A stretch of 63,018 nt of DNA, taken from NCBI GenBank assembly GCA_021108435.1, contig JAIOQY010000170.1:1-63018 (forward strand). Direction: 5' to 3'. The notes beneath the pieces are model-generated. The model searched no databases, had not been told where the DNA came from, and saw nothing but the letters and a program-made list of their open reading frames with translations. The translations under genes and the position numbers were made by a program. Shown piece after piece: positions 8,081-18,255 of the stretch (within the stretch, counting starts at the first letter, position 1; the number at the start of each line of letters is the position of its first letter). The stretch comes from Candidatus Aegiribacteria sp. (GTDB taxonomy: Bacteria > Fermentibacterota > Fermentibacteria > Fermentibacterales > JCC-6).

Positions 8081-9955
8081 TTGGGCAGCACAATTGGTAT
8101 TGACCTGGGAACGACGAATTCCTGTATGGCAATATACGAAGCTGGAAATGCGGTTGTAATACAAACCGGTGAAGGACCCAGGGTTATGCCTTCAGTTGTT
8201 GCATTCACACCGGCGGGAGACAGGCTTGTTGGAATTGTTGCCAAAAGGCAGGCAATTACTAATCCCAAGGATACAATAACAAGTGTTAAAAGGCTTATAG
8301 GAAGGAAATATGAAGAATTGTCTTCGGAAACCTTCAATGTATCCTATGATATAGTACCCAATGAAAAAGGTGATGCGGCAATTAAAATCAGTGATGGTAA
8401 AATATACACTCCGCAGGAAATATCATCCATGATTCTTCAGAAAATGAAATATCGAGCTGAGGAGTATCTCGGAGAAGAGGTATCGGATGTCGTCGTCACA
8501 GTCCCCGCTCATTTCAATGAAATTCAAAGAAAGGCAACAAAAGCTGCCTGTACCATTGCCGGATTAAACGTAAAGCGAGTACTGAACGAGCCCACCGCCG
8601 CTGCTCTCGCATTCACTGACGCTGTAGAACGAAAGAAAATAGCTGTTTTCGATTTTGGTGGAGGAACTTTCGATATCAGTATCCTTCAGGTAGTTAACGG
8701 CATATTTGAAGTTAAGGCAACCACAGGTAATACTCAGCTTGGCGGTGACGATTTCGACGCTCGACTTGTGGATTGGATCATGAGTGAATTCAAGCGTGAG
8801 AAAGGTATTGATCTCCGTAATGATCCGGTTGCTCCTCAGAGGGTTCGTGAAGCCGCGGAACGGGCAAAATGCGAACTGTCAGCAGCACTTGAAACATCAG
8901 TGAATCTGCCTTTCATAGCTTCGAGTGAATCCGGTCCGGTTCATCTGGAAATGTCAATTACCAGAGGTCTGTTCGAGGGTCTTATTAAAGATCTTGTAGA
9001 AACCACCAGACCTTTATGCAAACAGGTCTTGAAGGATGCCGGTATTTCTCCTGATGATCTTGAAGTTGTTGTTCTGGTTGGAGGTTCAACCAGAATTCCT
9101 CTTGTTAGACAGATTGTACAGGAATCGTTTGAGCAGGATCCGGTTCACAGCGTAAATCCTGATGAAGTTGTTGCGATGGGCGCAGCCATAGCCGGTTCTG
9201 TCGTGTCGGGTCAAAGGAAGGATCTTGTCCTTCTTGATGTGACCTCTCTGACTCTTGGGGTGGAAACTCTTGGAGGAGTAATGGCTCCGATTATAACCAA
9301 GAACAGTCCGCTGCCGATAAAGAGAAGCAAGATGTTCACGACTGCTGTTGACAACCAGCAGATTGTCGGGATTCATGTTCTTCAGGGAGAGAGAGATCTT
9401 GCTGAAGACAATAGAAGCCTGTCAAGATTTGAACTGGTTGGTATCAACCCCGCGCCCAGAGGGGTTCCCAGAATAGAAGTATCCTTTTCTATTGACGCAA
9501 ACGGGATACTCTTCGTTAACGCGAAAGATGCTGTAACAGGCAAGCATCAGGAGATTAAGGTGAATCCCAGCGGCGGGCTTTCGGATGAAGATATCAGGAA
9601 ACTTATGCGTGAAGCAAAGCATAATCAGGAAGCTGATCGTGATCGGATGAAACTCATTGAAGAAAGGAATTTTGCCGATCAGCTCATATACGAGTCAAAC
9701 CGGATACTCAGAACCAGAGTTGACAGCATAGATGTATCTTTATACAAGGAACTCGAAGATTCCCTGGATAAGTTGCGGAATGAACGAGATGGAACGAATG
9801 TATCCGGTATCGAGCAGGCAATGAAAAACATGAACTCGACTTTAACCATAATCAAGAATATGCTTCAAATGGTTGAATCTCTTGAGGATAAGGACGCACC
9901 GGACGATTTCGTGACACTTGATAACAAACCCGAGGATGATATACAGGATAAATAG
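8081..9955 (+). CDS. dnaK: Hsp70 chaperone DnaK (divergent)
   Basis: IGIDLGTTNSCMA, VVTVPAHFNEIQRKATK, VFDFGGGTFDISIL, LVGGSTRIPLV and LLDVTSLTLGVETLGG. TTG start with AAGGAGG upstream. Confidence 0.9.
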   Translation: MGSTIGIDLGTTNSCMAIYEAGNAVVIQTGEGPRVMPSVVAFTPAGDRLVGIVAKRQAITNPKDTITSVKRLIGRKYEELSSETFNVSYDIVPNEKGDAAIKISDGKIYTPQEISSMILQKMKYRAEEYLGEEVSDVVVTVPAHFNEIQRKATKAACTIAGLNVKRVLNEPTAAALAFTDAVERKKIAVFDFGGGTFDISILQVVNGIFEVKATTGNTQLGGDDFDARLVDWIMSEFKREKGIDLRNDPVAPQRVREAAERAKCELSAALETSVNLPFIASSESGPVHLEMSITRGLFEGLIKDLVETTRPLCKQVLKDAGISPDDLEVVVLVGGSTRIPLVRQIVQESFEQDPVHSVNPDEVVAMGAAIAGSVVSGQRKDLVLLDVTSLTLGVETLGGVMAPIITKNSPLPIKRSKMFTTAVDNQQIVGIHVLQGERDLAEDNRSLSRFELVGINPAPRGVPRIEVSFSIDANGILFVNAKDAVTGKHQEIKVNPSGGLSDEDIRKLMREAKHNQEADRDRMKLIEERNFADQLIYESNRILRTRVDSIDVSLYKELEDSLDKLRNERDGTNVSGIEQAMKNMNSTLTIIKNMLQMVESLEDKDAPDDFVTLDNKPEDDIQDK

Positions 9956-10122
9956 TACTTTTTCAGGAATTCTTCACGGGATGAATGTTCTTATGTATAT
10001 TCTCCGTTTGGACAATGATTCATGAATCCATGCATCATCTGAATCCTGATAAGATCAGTGCTCAGATCTGAACAGGAACTTTTTGAATTTGAAAAATAGA
10101 AAACATTACGGATGTGAAAATA

Positions 10123-11184
10123 ATGAGTAGGAGTCCCTATGAAATCCTGGGTGTTTCAGGGAACGCAGATCAGGATACTATTAAAAGAGCCTACAGAAAA
10201 CTGGCCCTGAAGTATCACCCTGATAGAAATCCGGGAGATATAAGTGCAGAGGACAAATTCAAAGAGATAACCAAGGCTTATGAGATTCTCAGTGACCCTG
10301 AGAAGCGACAGATCTTCGACAGGACCGGATCCTGGGACGGCACACCGAATATGTCGGATTTCTTCAGCGGATTCGGTATGGATGATGCTCTGAGAGCATT
10401 TCAGGATATTTTTGGTTTCAGCAGATCCAGAGGACCATCTCCAGGAGCAGATATCACTTTTGATGTTGATCTTGATTTGAAAGATGTTGTGACCGGAACC
10501 GAACGGGAAATCAGTATCTGGCGCAAGGAGCATTGCAGAATGTGCGATGGAACAGGCGCTGATCCATCGGAGGGTTTGGAAACATGCAGCAGTTGCGGAG
10601 GGCAGGGAAGGGTAAGAACCGTAAGAAGAACTCTTCTTGGAGCTATGCAGTCGGTGGTTATTTGTCCATCATGTAACGGGCGTGGAAGAATCCCGAAGAA
10701 GGTTTGTTCCACCTGCAAGGGCTCCAGGCTTGAATCCAGAGAAAGGAAAATAGTCGTAGATATTCCTGCCGGTATATCGACAGGTCATTTCATCCGGCTT
10801 CGAGGGCAGGGACATTTTCCCGAGAACGATGGTCCTCCAGGGGATCTGATCCTGAGGATAAGGAAAATTGACTATGCTGAATTCATCAGAGAGGGTGATA
10901 ATCTTGTTTACAGAACTAAAATTTCGTTTCCGAATGCTGCGCTTGGAACAGAAATAACGATTCCCGCCATTGAAGACGAAGCAAGAAAGATCAGTATTCC
11001 AGCCGGTGTTCAGCCAGGTGAGAAATTGATTATCAGGAAGAAGGGTATAAGAAGACTGAAAGGATTCGGCAGAGGAGATTTGATAGTAATTGCTGACGTA
11101 TATGTACCCGAGCAGCTATCCCGTAAGGAGAAGAAAACTCTCGAGGAGCTGAGTAATTCAAAACACTTCAATCCATCAAAATGA
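10123..11184 (+). CDS. dnaJ: Co-chaperone DnaJ
   Basis: J domain YEILGV...KRAYRKLALKYHPDRN. Four zinc-finger repeats: CRMCDGTG, CSSCGGQG, CPSCNGRG and CSTCKGSR. An alternative GTG start lies at 10114. Confidence 0.9.
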   Translation: MSRSPYEILGVSGNADQDTIKRAYRKLALKYHPDRNPGDISAEDKFKEITKAYEILSDPEKRQIFDRTGSWDGTPNMSDFFSGFGMDDALRAFQDIFGFSRSRGPSPGADITFDVDLDLKDVVTGTEREISIWRKEHCRMCDGTGADPSEGLETCSSCGGQGRVRTVRRTLLGAMQSVVICPSCNGRGRIPKKVCSTCKGSRLESRERKIVVDIPAGISTGHFIRLRGQGHFPENDGPPGDLILRIRKIDYAEFIREGDNLVYRTKISFPNAALGTEITIPAIEDEARKISIPAGVQPGEKLIIRKKGIRRLKGFGRGDLIVIADVYVPEQLSRKEKKTLEELSNSKHFNPSK

Positions 11185-13511
11185 ATAACTCTCTCCTCCG
11201 TCTTGAATATCATCTTGTACTCGAGGAGATCGCCAATCGAGCGATCAGCAGCATGGGTAAGGAAAAGGCGGAAGCGCTGCAGCCAGGGTGGAATTCCGAG
11301 ACATCCTCAAGACTTCAGGCGGAGACCGAATCCGCGTCTTTCATTCTTGAACAGGGCATACACCCTCCATCCGGAAGCCTTGATGATCTGAAAGAAATCA
11401 CTGATTCAATCGATTCCGGGATTATCATCTTCAGCCCTCGAAAACTGAGAAATACAGGCAATGCCCTCAGAGACATGGATCAGTTCGTCCGGTCTCTTGA
11501 GGAAATTTCGATTGAGAGTAAAAGAATACTACATCTTCAGTGCTATTGTGACCGTATTCCCCGCCTTTCGAAACTATCAGGAAGATTACTGAGAATGACC
11601 ACTCCGGAAGGGGATCTTTCCCCCGATGCGTCCCCGGAACTTACCCGTCTGAATAAAAAAGCTGACAGGCTTGAGCGAAATCTGTCGAAGCGGATTAACA
11701 AGATTTCAGTTTCTCTCTCGCGGGATAATATCATTCGTGATTTTCCACCCACACTGAGGGATGGACGATATGTCCTTCCGGTGATCTCATCAAGAAAACG
11801 CGAGGTTAAAGGTATCGTTCATGATCGTTCTGATTCGGGTGAGACAGTATATATTGAGCCATCTCAACTTGTTGATGATGGAAACTCGCTGAGAGAAGCC
11901 CTGCTTGATCTGGACTTCGAGAGAAGAAAAATACTCAGAGAGATTTCACTCTCTATCAGAGAACATTCAGATGAACTGAGAGCGGGAACAGAGGCTGTTT
12001 CCACTCTTGATGCCATTTTTGCGCGGGCTTCGTATCATAAGGATCTAAGAACCGTATTCCCATCCGAGGGATCGCTTTCATTACTCTGCCTGAAGCATCC
12101 TCTCATTCCTTCTGAGGAAGTGATTGAGAATGATGTAAGGCTGCCGGAAGACTGGAAGGCTCTCATAATAAGTGGTCCCAATGCAGGTGGAAAAAGTGTT
12201 CTACTGAAGGCAATCGGTCTTGCGGTTATCTGCGCGCAATCCGGTATCGGAGCATGCGTATCCACAGGTTCTACAATACCGTATTTCAACAGGATTCACG
12301 TTTCTATCGGAGATCAGCAATCCATTGCGAACCATCAGAGTACGTATTCCGCACGATTGCGGGAACAGCTGGATATGCTGAATGATCACGGGTCTGGTGG
12401 ACTCGTGCTTATAGATGAACCCGCAGCCGGAACTGATCCACTTACCGGTTCTGCTCTTGCTGCTTCTTTGCTTGATCATCTGGCTGACGCGGATAACAGA
12501 CTGGTTGTTACAACACATCAGGGACAGTTAAAAAGTCTGGCCCACGGTAAACCGGGTTTTTATAATGGCTGCATGAATTTTCACGAGGATACTCTTGAAC
12601 CTGATTACACTTTCACCTTTGGAATTCCAGGATCTTCTTTTACGCTTGAGATTGCCAGGAAAATGAATTTTCCAGCCGGTGTTCTTGAAAGAGCGGAGAC
12701 GCTCTCAGGGGATTCATTCAAACTTGACAGGATGCTTGAAGAGATTGCATCGATAAGGAGTGAGATTCAGCAGAGATCGGAGGAACTCGACCGTGAGCAG
12801 GAGAAGGACAGACTTATCAGAGAACGTATGAATATGGATCTGGAATCTTCAAGGACGGATCTTGAACGTACAAAGAAAAGAATTGAAGAGCAATCGAAGG
12901 AGTGGGAGCGTTCAATCAATTCGCAGGCTGATGCTCTGCTTTCCAGACTGGCAAAAACTGAGACTGCACAGGAGAGACGAAGCATCAGATCTGAAATACG
13001 GGAGATTTCCGGATCCTCATCAGGTATTTCGCTGAAGGATGAATGTAAGAAATCAAAGGACAAGAATATAGTACCGGGTGAATGGGTGACGGTAAAGGGA
13101 TGGAGCGGAAAAGGCATGGTCGAGGAGCTTGGAAAAGATCATGCGGTTGTGATACTGGGTAATCTCAGGCTGAAGAAACCTTTTTCTGATCTTTGCGCTA
13201 CTGTTCCACCTGAGGAGAAACCGGTATCCTCTGACTGGAGTGTACCTGTTCAGACCAGGATTGAACTCAATCTGAGGGGTATGTCCGCTGATGAAGCTCT
13301 TGCGGAGCTTGACTCTGCTCTTGACGACAGCATCGTTGCAGGTATTCCGCAGATACGCGTAATTCACGGCAAGGGAAAAGGTATTCTAATGAGGGTGGTT
13401 ATTGACAGCGCGAAAACTGACAGGAGAGTTGCGTCGTTCAGACAGGGAAGACCGTCGGAAGGCGGAACTGGTGTTACTATTATTATTCTTAACCCCCCGG
13501 AAGAATCATAA
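11181..13511 (+). CDS. mutS2: Endonuclease MutS2 (MutS ATPase plus C-terminal Smr domain)
   Basis: Walker A ISGPNAGGKSVLLK, LIDEPAAGTDP, and C-terminal Smr LNLRGMSADEAL...IRVIHGKGKGIL. Length is 776 aa. Confidence 0.9.
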   Translation: MNNSLLRLEYHLVLEEIANRAISSMGKEKAEALQPGWNSETSSRLQAETESASFILEQGIHPPSGSLDDLKEITDSIDSGIIIFSPRKLRNTGNALRDMDQFVRSLEEISIESKRILHLQCYCDRIPRLSKLSGRLLRMTTPEGDLSPDASPELTRLNKKADRLERNLSKRINKISVSLSRDNIIRDFPPTLRDGRYVLPVISSRKREVKGIVHDRSDSGETVYIEPSQLVDDGNSLREALLDLDFERRKILREISLSIREHSDELRAGTEAVSTLDAIFARASYHKDLRTVFPSEGSLSLLCLKHPLIPSEEVIENDVRLPEDWKALIISGPNAGGKSVLLKAIGLAVICAQSGIGACVSTGSTIPYFNRIHVSIGDQQSIANHQSTYSARLREQLDMLNDHGSGGLVLIDEPAAGTDPLTGSALAASLLDHLADADNRLVVTTHQGQLKSLAHGKPGFYNGCMNFHEDTLEPDYTFTFGIPGSSFTLEIARKMNFPAGVLERAETLSGDSFKLDRMLEEIASIRSEIQQRSEELDREQEKDRLIRERMNMDLESSRTDLERTKKRIEEQSKEWERSINSQADALLSRLAKTETAQERRSIRSEIREISGSSSGISLKDECKKSKDKNIVPGEWVTVKGWSGKGMVEELGKDHAVVILGNLRLKKPFSDLCATVPPEEKPVSSDWSVPVQTRIELNLRGMSADEALAELDSALDDSIVAGIPQIRVIHGKGKGILMRVVIDSAKTDRRVASFRQGRPSEGGTGVTIIILNPPEES

Positions 13512-15256
13512 TGCCCGATGCAGGCCATGGTAGAGGTTATTTTTCAAATGAATCTATTGAAAGAGTAAGAACAACTGTTGATATTGTCTCAGTTGTCGGA
13601 AGATACGTAGGTCTGAAACGTTCAGGAAGAAATATGAAAGGACTTTGTCCTTTCCACAGAGAAAAGACACCCTCATTTTTCGTATCTCAGGAAAGGCAGA
13701 TGTACCATTGTTTTGGATGCGGAGCAGGCGGAGACGCATTTTCATTTCTGATGAATTATCTCGGATTCACTTTTCGTGAAGCTGTAGAGGAGCTTGCGAC
13801 CGAGGCCGGTGTTGAACTGGAGACATCGGGAAGGGATACTTCCAGAACAGATGTGTTCACGGAGATACTCGCGGAGTCACACAAATTCTTCCGTGCTCAG
13901 ATCAGAGGAAGTTCCGGCATTCAGGCAAGAGAATATCTTAAAAAAAGGGATCTTTCCGAGCAGACAATCGAGAAACTCGGTATCAGCTGGGCACCTGGCG
14001 GTAATCGGCTTTCCGAACATCTTCGAGGGAAAGGTTACTCGGAAAGTCAGCTCATAGAATCGGGAATCGCTCTCAGATCCAAAAACAGTGACGGGATATA
14101 TGATCGTTTCAGAGAAAGGATACTCTTTCCAATCAGTGATCGAAGAGGAAGGATAATAAGCTTTGGTGGAAGGTATATCTCACAATCCTCCCCTGATATG
14201 CCTAAGTACATAAATGGCCCTGAGTCACCGATATACAGAAAGAGTGATTTTCTTTACGGTTACCGCGACGCTCTCATAGCAGCGCGAGATCTTGATATGA
14301 TCATCCTTGTGGAAGGATACTTTGACCATTCGCGATTTGTAGAGGCCGGTTTTGATTGTGTTGTAGCAACATGCGGTACCGCTATAACTTCGTCACAGGC
14401 CAGACAGATATGTGCCATGTCATCCGACATTCTCATCTGCTATGATGGTGATAAAGCTGGTCAGCGTGCGGCAGTGAGAGCTGCTGAAGTGATTCTTGAA
14501 CAGGGGCATCTGCCAGGGATCATATCGATTCCTGATGGCAAAGACCCCGATGATTACATCAGAGAAAATGGAGCCGGCGCAGTTCAGGAATTAACTGCGG
14601 GGGCTCAGGATCCAATTAGTTTTGCTCTTGGACTGCTTGGCTCCTGGTCCGGAATAAAGGGCTCCGGTAAAAAGGTAAAAGTTGTCAGAAGGCTCGCGGG
14701 GATTGCTTCAAGCACAACAGATCCGGTAATTATGGAAACATTGCTGAAAGTTATCTCTGAAGAAACCGGATATTCCTTAAAAACACTTGAGTCGCAGGTT
14801 TCAGAGGAAGACCGGAAACGCCAGAGATATACAAGCAGATTGATTAAGAACAATGAACTGAACAGATGGGATAAATCCATACTTGGATCGGTTCTCCTTG
14901 ATCCGGATGGTTTCAACAGTTCGTTGCTTGAATTTCTTGAAGAGGGGGACTTCAAAGCGGACAGTGGGATCAGGATTTTCCGTGAGATCAAGAAACAGGC
15001 AGAGGAAGGTGCTCAGATATTTCAGCTTTCAGGACTCGATACTGAAGATGCATCTGCCTGCAGTGAAATCATTACATCATTCCCGGATCAGAAGGATAAA
15101 TCAGCCAGAGACAGTATTGAGAATGCTGTGAAGCGTTACAGACTGGAACAGGAGTTAGACCGGTTTAAAACCAGATTGAAATCCGCCGGCGATAACGAGA
15201 TTGCTGAATTAAAGCAACAGATATCAGAAATCGGTAAAAAGCTGATAAAAATGTAG
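13511..15256 (+). CDS. dnaG: DNA primase
   Basis: Zinc finger CPFHREKTPSFFV...YHCFGCGAGGDAFSFLM, the TOPRIM motif ILVEGYFD, and DGDKAGQRAA. Confidence 0.9.
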   Translation: MPDAGHGRGYFSNESIERVRTTVDIVSVVGRYVGLKRSGRNMKGLCPFHREKTPSFFVSQERQMYHCFGCGAGGDAFSFLMNYLGFTFREAVEELATEAGVELETSGRDTSRTDVFTEILAESHKFFRAQIRGSSGIQAREYLKKRDLSEQTIEKLGISWAPGGNRLSEHLRGKGYSESQLIESGIALRSKNSDGIYDRFRERILFPISDRRGRIISFGGRYISQSSPDMPKYINGPESPIYRKSDFLYGYRDALIAARDLDMIILVEGYFDHSRFVEAGFDCVVATCGTAITSSQARQICAMSSDILICYDGDKAGQRAAVRAAEVILEQGHLPGIISIPDGKDPDDYIRENGAGAVQELTAGAQDPISFALGLLGSWSGIKGSGKKVKVVRRLAGIASSTTDPVIMETLLKVISEETGYSLKTLESQVSEEDRKRQRYTSRLIKNNELNRWDKSILGSVLLDPDGFNSSLLEFLEEGDFKADSGIRIFREIKKQAEEGAQIFQLSGLDTEDASACSEIITSFPDQKDKSARDSIENAVKRYRLEQELDRFKTRLKSAGDNEIAELKQQISEIGKKLIKM

Positions 15257-15356
15257 GTGGTGAATAATTTCCAGGTGTCAGCAGCAGAAGAAAAATCGAA
15301 GGATAGATCTGAACTCAGGAACTCTTTTCTTTCGGGAAATTGATATTGTCCCATCA

Positions 15357-16670
15357 ATGAATCCAGAGGAGGAAAAAGAACTTGCTGAAAGTCAGGAGAA
15401 TGTCAGATTTGTTATGCTGGAATCCATTCTCTTGATACCACTTGGCCGAAAGGATTTCTTCGAGCCTTTCAACAGATTATTGAAGGGTGAGATAGTTGAA
15501 GAAGGAGTTGTTGACAGGTCATTCTGGGGGATAAAACATTTTCGTTTACCCTATTCGCGGAGAAAAGGAATGAAACTGATTCTCAGCAGAATGAACAATC
15601 GATACCAGAACCGTGACGCGGTACGAAGACTTCATCTGTCATGGTTCAGAGTGGAGTGCATAGGAAAGGAACTGTTCAGTAGAATAGAAACATGCAGACT
15701 GCTTGTCAGTCGGATGAAGGAGCTTACAGATCTGCTTGGGGAGGATGTTACAGTCGCGCGAATGAGAGCTCTGGAATTCTGCAAAGCGTCAGACTCCTTT
15801 GAACGAGAAACCTATAGAGCCTGGAGCATCTATCCACAGTTAACAGCAATACGTAATGAACTTGATCTGATAGAGGTGAATATCGGAGTGGGTATTCATG
15901 ACTATATCACATTTGCTCAGCATTTCTATCGAGCATTCGAAAAACATAATGAAATACTTGAAAGATTTGTTGAAGCAAATCTCAGATTAGTTGTTACAAA
16001 AGTACGGAAATACTTTCCATGCGACGCAATGGAGGAGATGGATCTTGTTCAGGAGGGTTGCAGGGGGCTCATGGATGCTGTCAGGCGTTTCGAATACCAT
16101 AGAGGATATAAATTCTCTACTTTCGCTGTGTGGTGGATAAGACAGGCAATCCTTAAAGCGATACTCCGTCAATCCAGGCTTATCAGGCTTCCTGTATCCA
16201 TTTTAAAAGCAAATTCGTCCTTCCGGGAATATGTTGATGATTTTACTTCGGACAGCGGCCATCCCCCTACAATCGATGAACTGGCGGAATTAGCAGGGGT
16301 TGACCGTGATGAAATTGAACAGATATATCTTTCCACAGCGCGGCCATTATCCCTGGATCACACTACCGGTGAACAGGATGCGACTATCGCGAATTACCTT
16401 GAAAGCAAATTTCTGATGCCTGATGAGGAAGTTATCGAGAACGATCTCAGAGAAAGAATTGATGCCGTGCTGCTCTCGCTATCCGATAGAGAGAAAACGA
16501 TTATTACATTACGATTCGGATTATTCGGTGGTGAATCCTATACTTTGCAGGATCTGGGACGAATTTTCAGGATCAGCAGAGAAAGGGTGAGACAGGTGGA
16601 ATCCAGAGCTCTTGATAAATTGCGAAAACACGGACTGATTACTTCCATATCATACGGAAATACAATATGA
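15357..16670 (+). CDS. rpoD: RNA polymerase sigma-70 family factor, probably the primary sigma by its dnaG-adjacent position, with an atypical N-terminal ~200 aa
   Basis: Region 2: NLRLVVTKVRKYF, DLVQEGCRGLMDAVRRFEYHRGYKFSTFAVWWIRQAI. Region 4: TLQDLGRIFRISRERVRQVESRALDKLR. The N-terminal region does not resemble canonical region 1.1/1.2. Confidence 0.75.
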   Translation: MNPEEEKELAESQENVRFVMLESILLIPLGRKDFFEPFNRLLKGEIVEEGVVDRSFWGIKHFRLPYSRRKGMKLILSRMNNRYQNRDAVRRLHLSWFRVECIGKELFSRIETCRLLVSRMKELTDLLGEDVTVARMRALEFCKASDSFERETYRAWSIYPQLTAIRNELDLIEVNIGVGIHDYITFAQHFYRAFEKHNEILERFVEANLRLVVTKVRKYFPCDAMEEMDLVQEGCRGLMDAVRRFEYHRGYKFSTFAVWWIRQAILKAILRQSRLIRLPVSILKANSSFREYVDDFTSDSGHPPTIDELAELAGVDRDEIEQIYLSTARPLSLDHTTGEQDATIANYLESKFLMPDEEVIENDLRERIDAVLLSLSDREKTIITLRFGLFGGESYTLQDLGRIFRISRERVRQVESRALDKLRKHGLITSISYGNTI

Positions 16671-17488
16671 AAACCGTTATGCTTGCAGTAGTTCTGCTGC
16701 TGTCTGTATCCTGCAGGAGCATTGATGAGACTTCTGATGATACAAGATTTGTTGTTCTGGGGCCTTCTCTTGTTGAGATCATGTATGTTGCCGGGCTGGG
16801 GGACAGAATCGTAGCAGTTGACAGGTATTCGGAATGGCCGCAAATTGTACAGGAATTACCTTCAGTCGGCGGATATGTAGATCCTTCACTGGAACGGATA
16901 TCCTCTCTTTCACCCACCTCTATTCATGTCAGCGGTATCAGTCCTGTACTTCATGAACTTGCGGAAGTACTTGATATTCCCTGCTACTCTTACCGTTTTG
17001 ATACACTTGAAGATGTATTTGCAGTACTTGATTCTCTTGATGCAAGGTATGGAGCGGATGCAAAGAAGTATAAGAATGAGCTTGAGATTCGGCTTGATTC
17101 CCTCCAGTATTTAATGGAAAATACCTTACCTGTTTCCTGCATGATTGTTGTTTATCATGAAAACGGTTCTTCCAGCATGACAATTGCCGGTAGAAATACA
17201 TTTTTCGCAGATCTGCTTTCCGCAATGAACTGCGAAATAGCAGCGCCTTCTGCCGGAGCCTGGCCAATGATATCCGCTGAGGGAGTGCTGGAAATGGCAC
17301 CCGATCATATAATATGTCTGTATCCCGGACGAACAGATACAACGGCTGTTATTACTTCGGAGAACGACTTCTGGGTTGATTTAGGATTCGAGAAATCAAG
17401 GATTCATTGTCTCTTTGAGCCATATATCATGATTCCCGGAGGAAGGCTCGTGGAAATTGCTGAGAGGATATGTTCTTGTCTGCTCTGA
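16667..17488 (+). CDS. ABC transporter periplasmic binding protein, BtuF/FhuD class (cobalamin or iron-chelate)
   Basis: Lipoprotein signal LLLSVSC, then RFVVLGPSLVEIMYVAGLGDRIVAVDRYSEWP, typical of Peripla_BP_2. The ATGA overlaps the sigma gene stop. Confidence 0.7.
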   Translation: MKTVMLAVVLLLSVSCRSIDETSDDTRFVVLGPSLVEIMYVAGLGDRIVAVDRYSEWPQIVQELPSVGGYVDPSLERISSLSPTSIHVSGISPVLHELAEVLDIPCYSYRFDTLEDVFAVLDSLDARYGADAKKYKNELEIRLDSLQYLMENTLPVSCMIVVYHENGSSSMTIAGRNTFFADLLSAMNCEIAAPSAGAWPMISAEGVLEMAPDHIICLYPGRTDTTAVITSENDFWVDLGFEKSRIHCLFEPYIMIPGGRLVEIAERICSCLL

Positions 17489-18255
17489 GATTGGATGACG
17501 TTTCCGCTGGATACGGCACCAGACCTGTACTGTCCGGAATCAATCTTTCCATATCTTCAGGCGACATATGCGGGTTGATCGGTCCGAATGGTTCAGGGAA
17601 ATCGACACTTCTTCGCGCAGTTCTCAATCTGGGAGTCACTGTTTCAGGGACCATTGAAGTATGCGGCATAGAGACATCTGATCTCTCGGATAATCAGCAG
17701 GCAAGGATTGTATCATACCTTCCTCAGAATTTCAATCCTTTATCCAGGCTGACTGTAGCAGAAACAGTTCTCCTTGGCAGGCACCCCTATAGAGGAAGAT
17801 GGGCATTTGACTCTTCACATGATCTTGAAGTTGCCGGGGAATGCATGCTGGAAACGGACACATTGCATCTAAGAGACAGGATATTCTCGGAACTCTCAGG
17901 GGGAGAAAAGCGGCTGGTTCTGCTTGCTTCAGCGCTTGCTCAGGAGCCAGAGCTGCTGCTGCTTGACGAACCCGGGTCATCTCTGGATTTCAGACATCAG
18001 CTTAACATGTGGCTGCTTCTTAAAAAGCTGTCAGACAAAGGGATTGCCGTGCTGATCAGTACTCATGAGGTTGCACTTGCCGGCAGATATCTTGATTCCG
18101 TGCTTGTGCTTTCCAACGGGAATGCCAGAGCATTCGGCAGACCTGCTGATGTATTCACAACGGAGATTCTTTCGGAGGTTTTCGAAGTTCATCTTCACGT
18201 ATCGGAGGATACTGAAACCAGATCATGGATAATTGTGCCGGAGATGAAGAAATGA
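17470..18255 (+). CDS. ABC transporter ATP-binding protein (FecE/BtuD type)
   Basis: Walker A GPNGSGKSTLL, signature LSGGEKRLV, and Walker B LLLLDEP. Confidence 0.85.
   Translation: MFLSALRLDDVSAGYGTRPVLSGINLSISSGDICGLIGPNGSGKSTLLRAVLNLGVTVSGTIEVCGIETSDLSDNQQARIVSYLPQNFNPLSRLTVAETVLLGRHPYRGRWAFDSSHDLEVAGECMLETDTLHLRDRIFSELSGGEKRLVLLASALAQEPELLLLDEPGSSLDFRHQLNMWLLLKKLSDKGIAVLISTHEVALAGRYLDSVLVLSNGNARAFGRPADVFTTEILSEVFEVHLHVSEDTETRSWIIVPEMKK

Noticed and set aside
16600-16700. Cobalamin riboswitch ahead of the BtuF-like importer
   Set aside because: No intergenic space exists because the binding-protein ATG overlaps the sigma-factor stop, and I saw no B12-box-like sequence.
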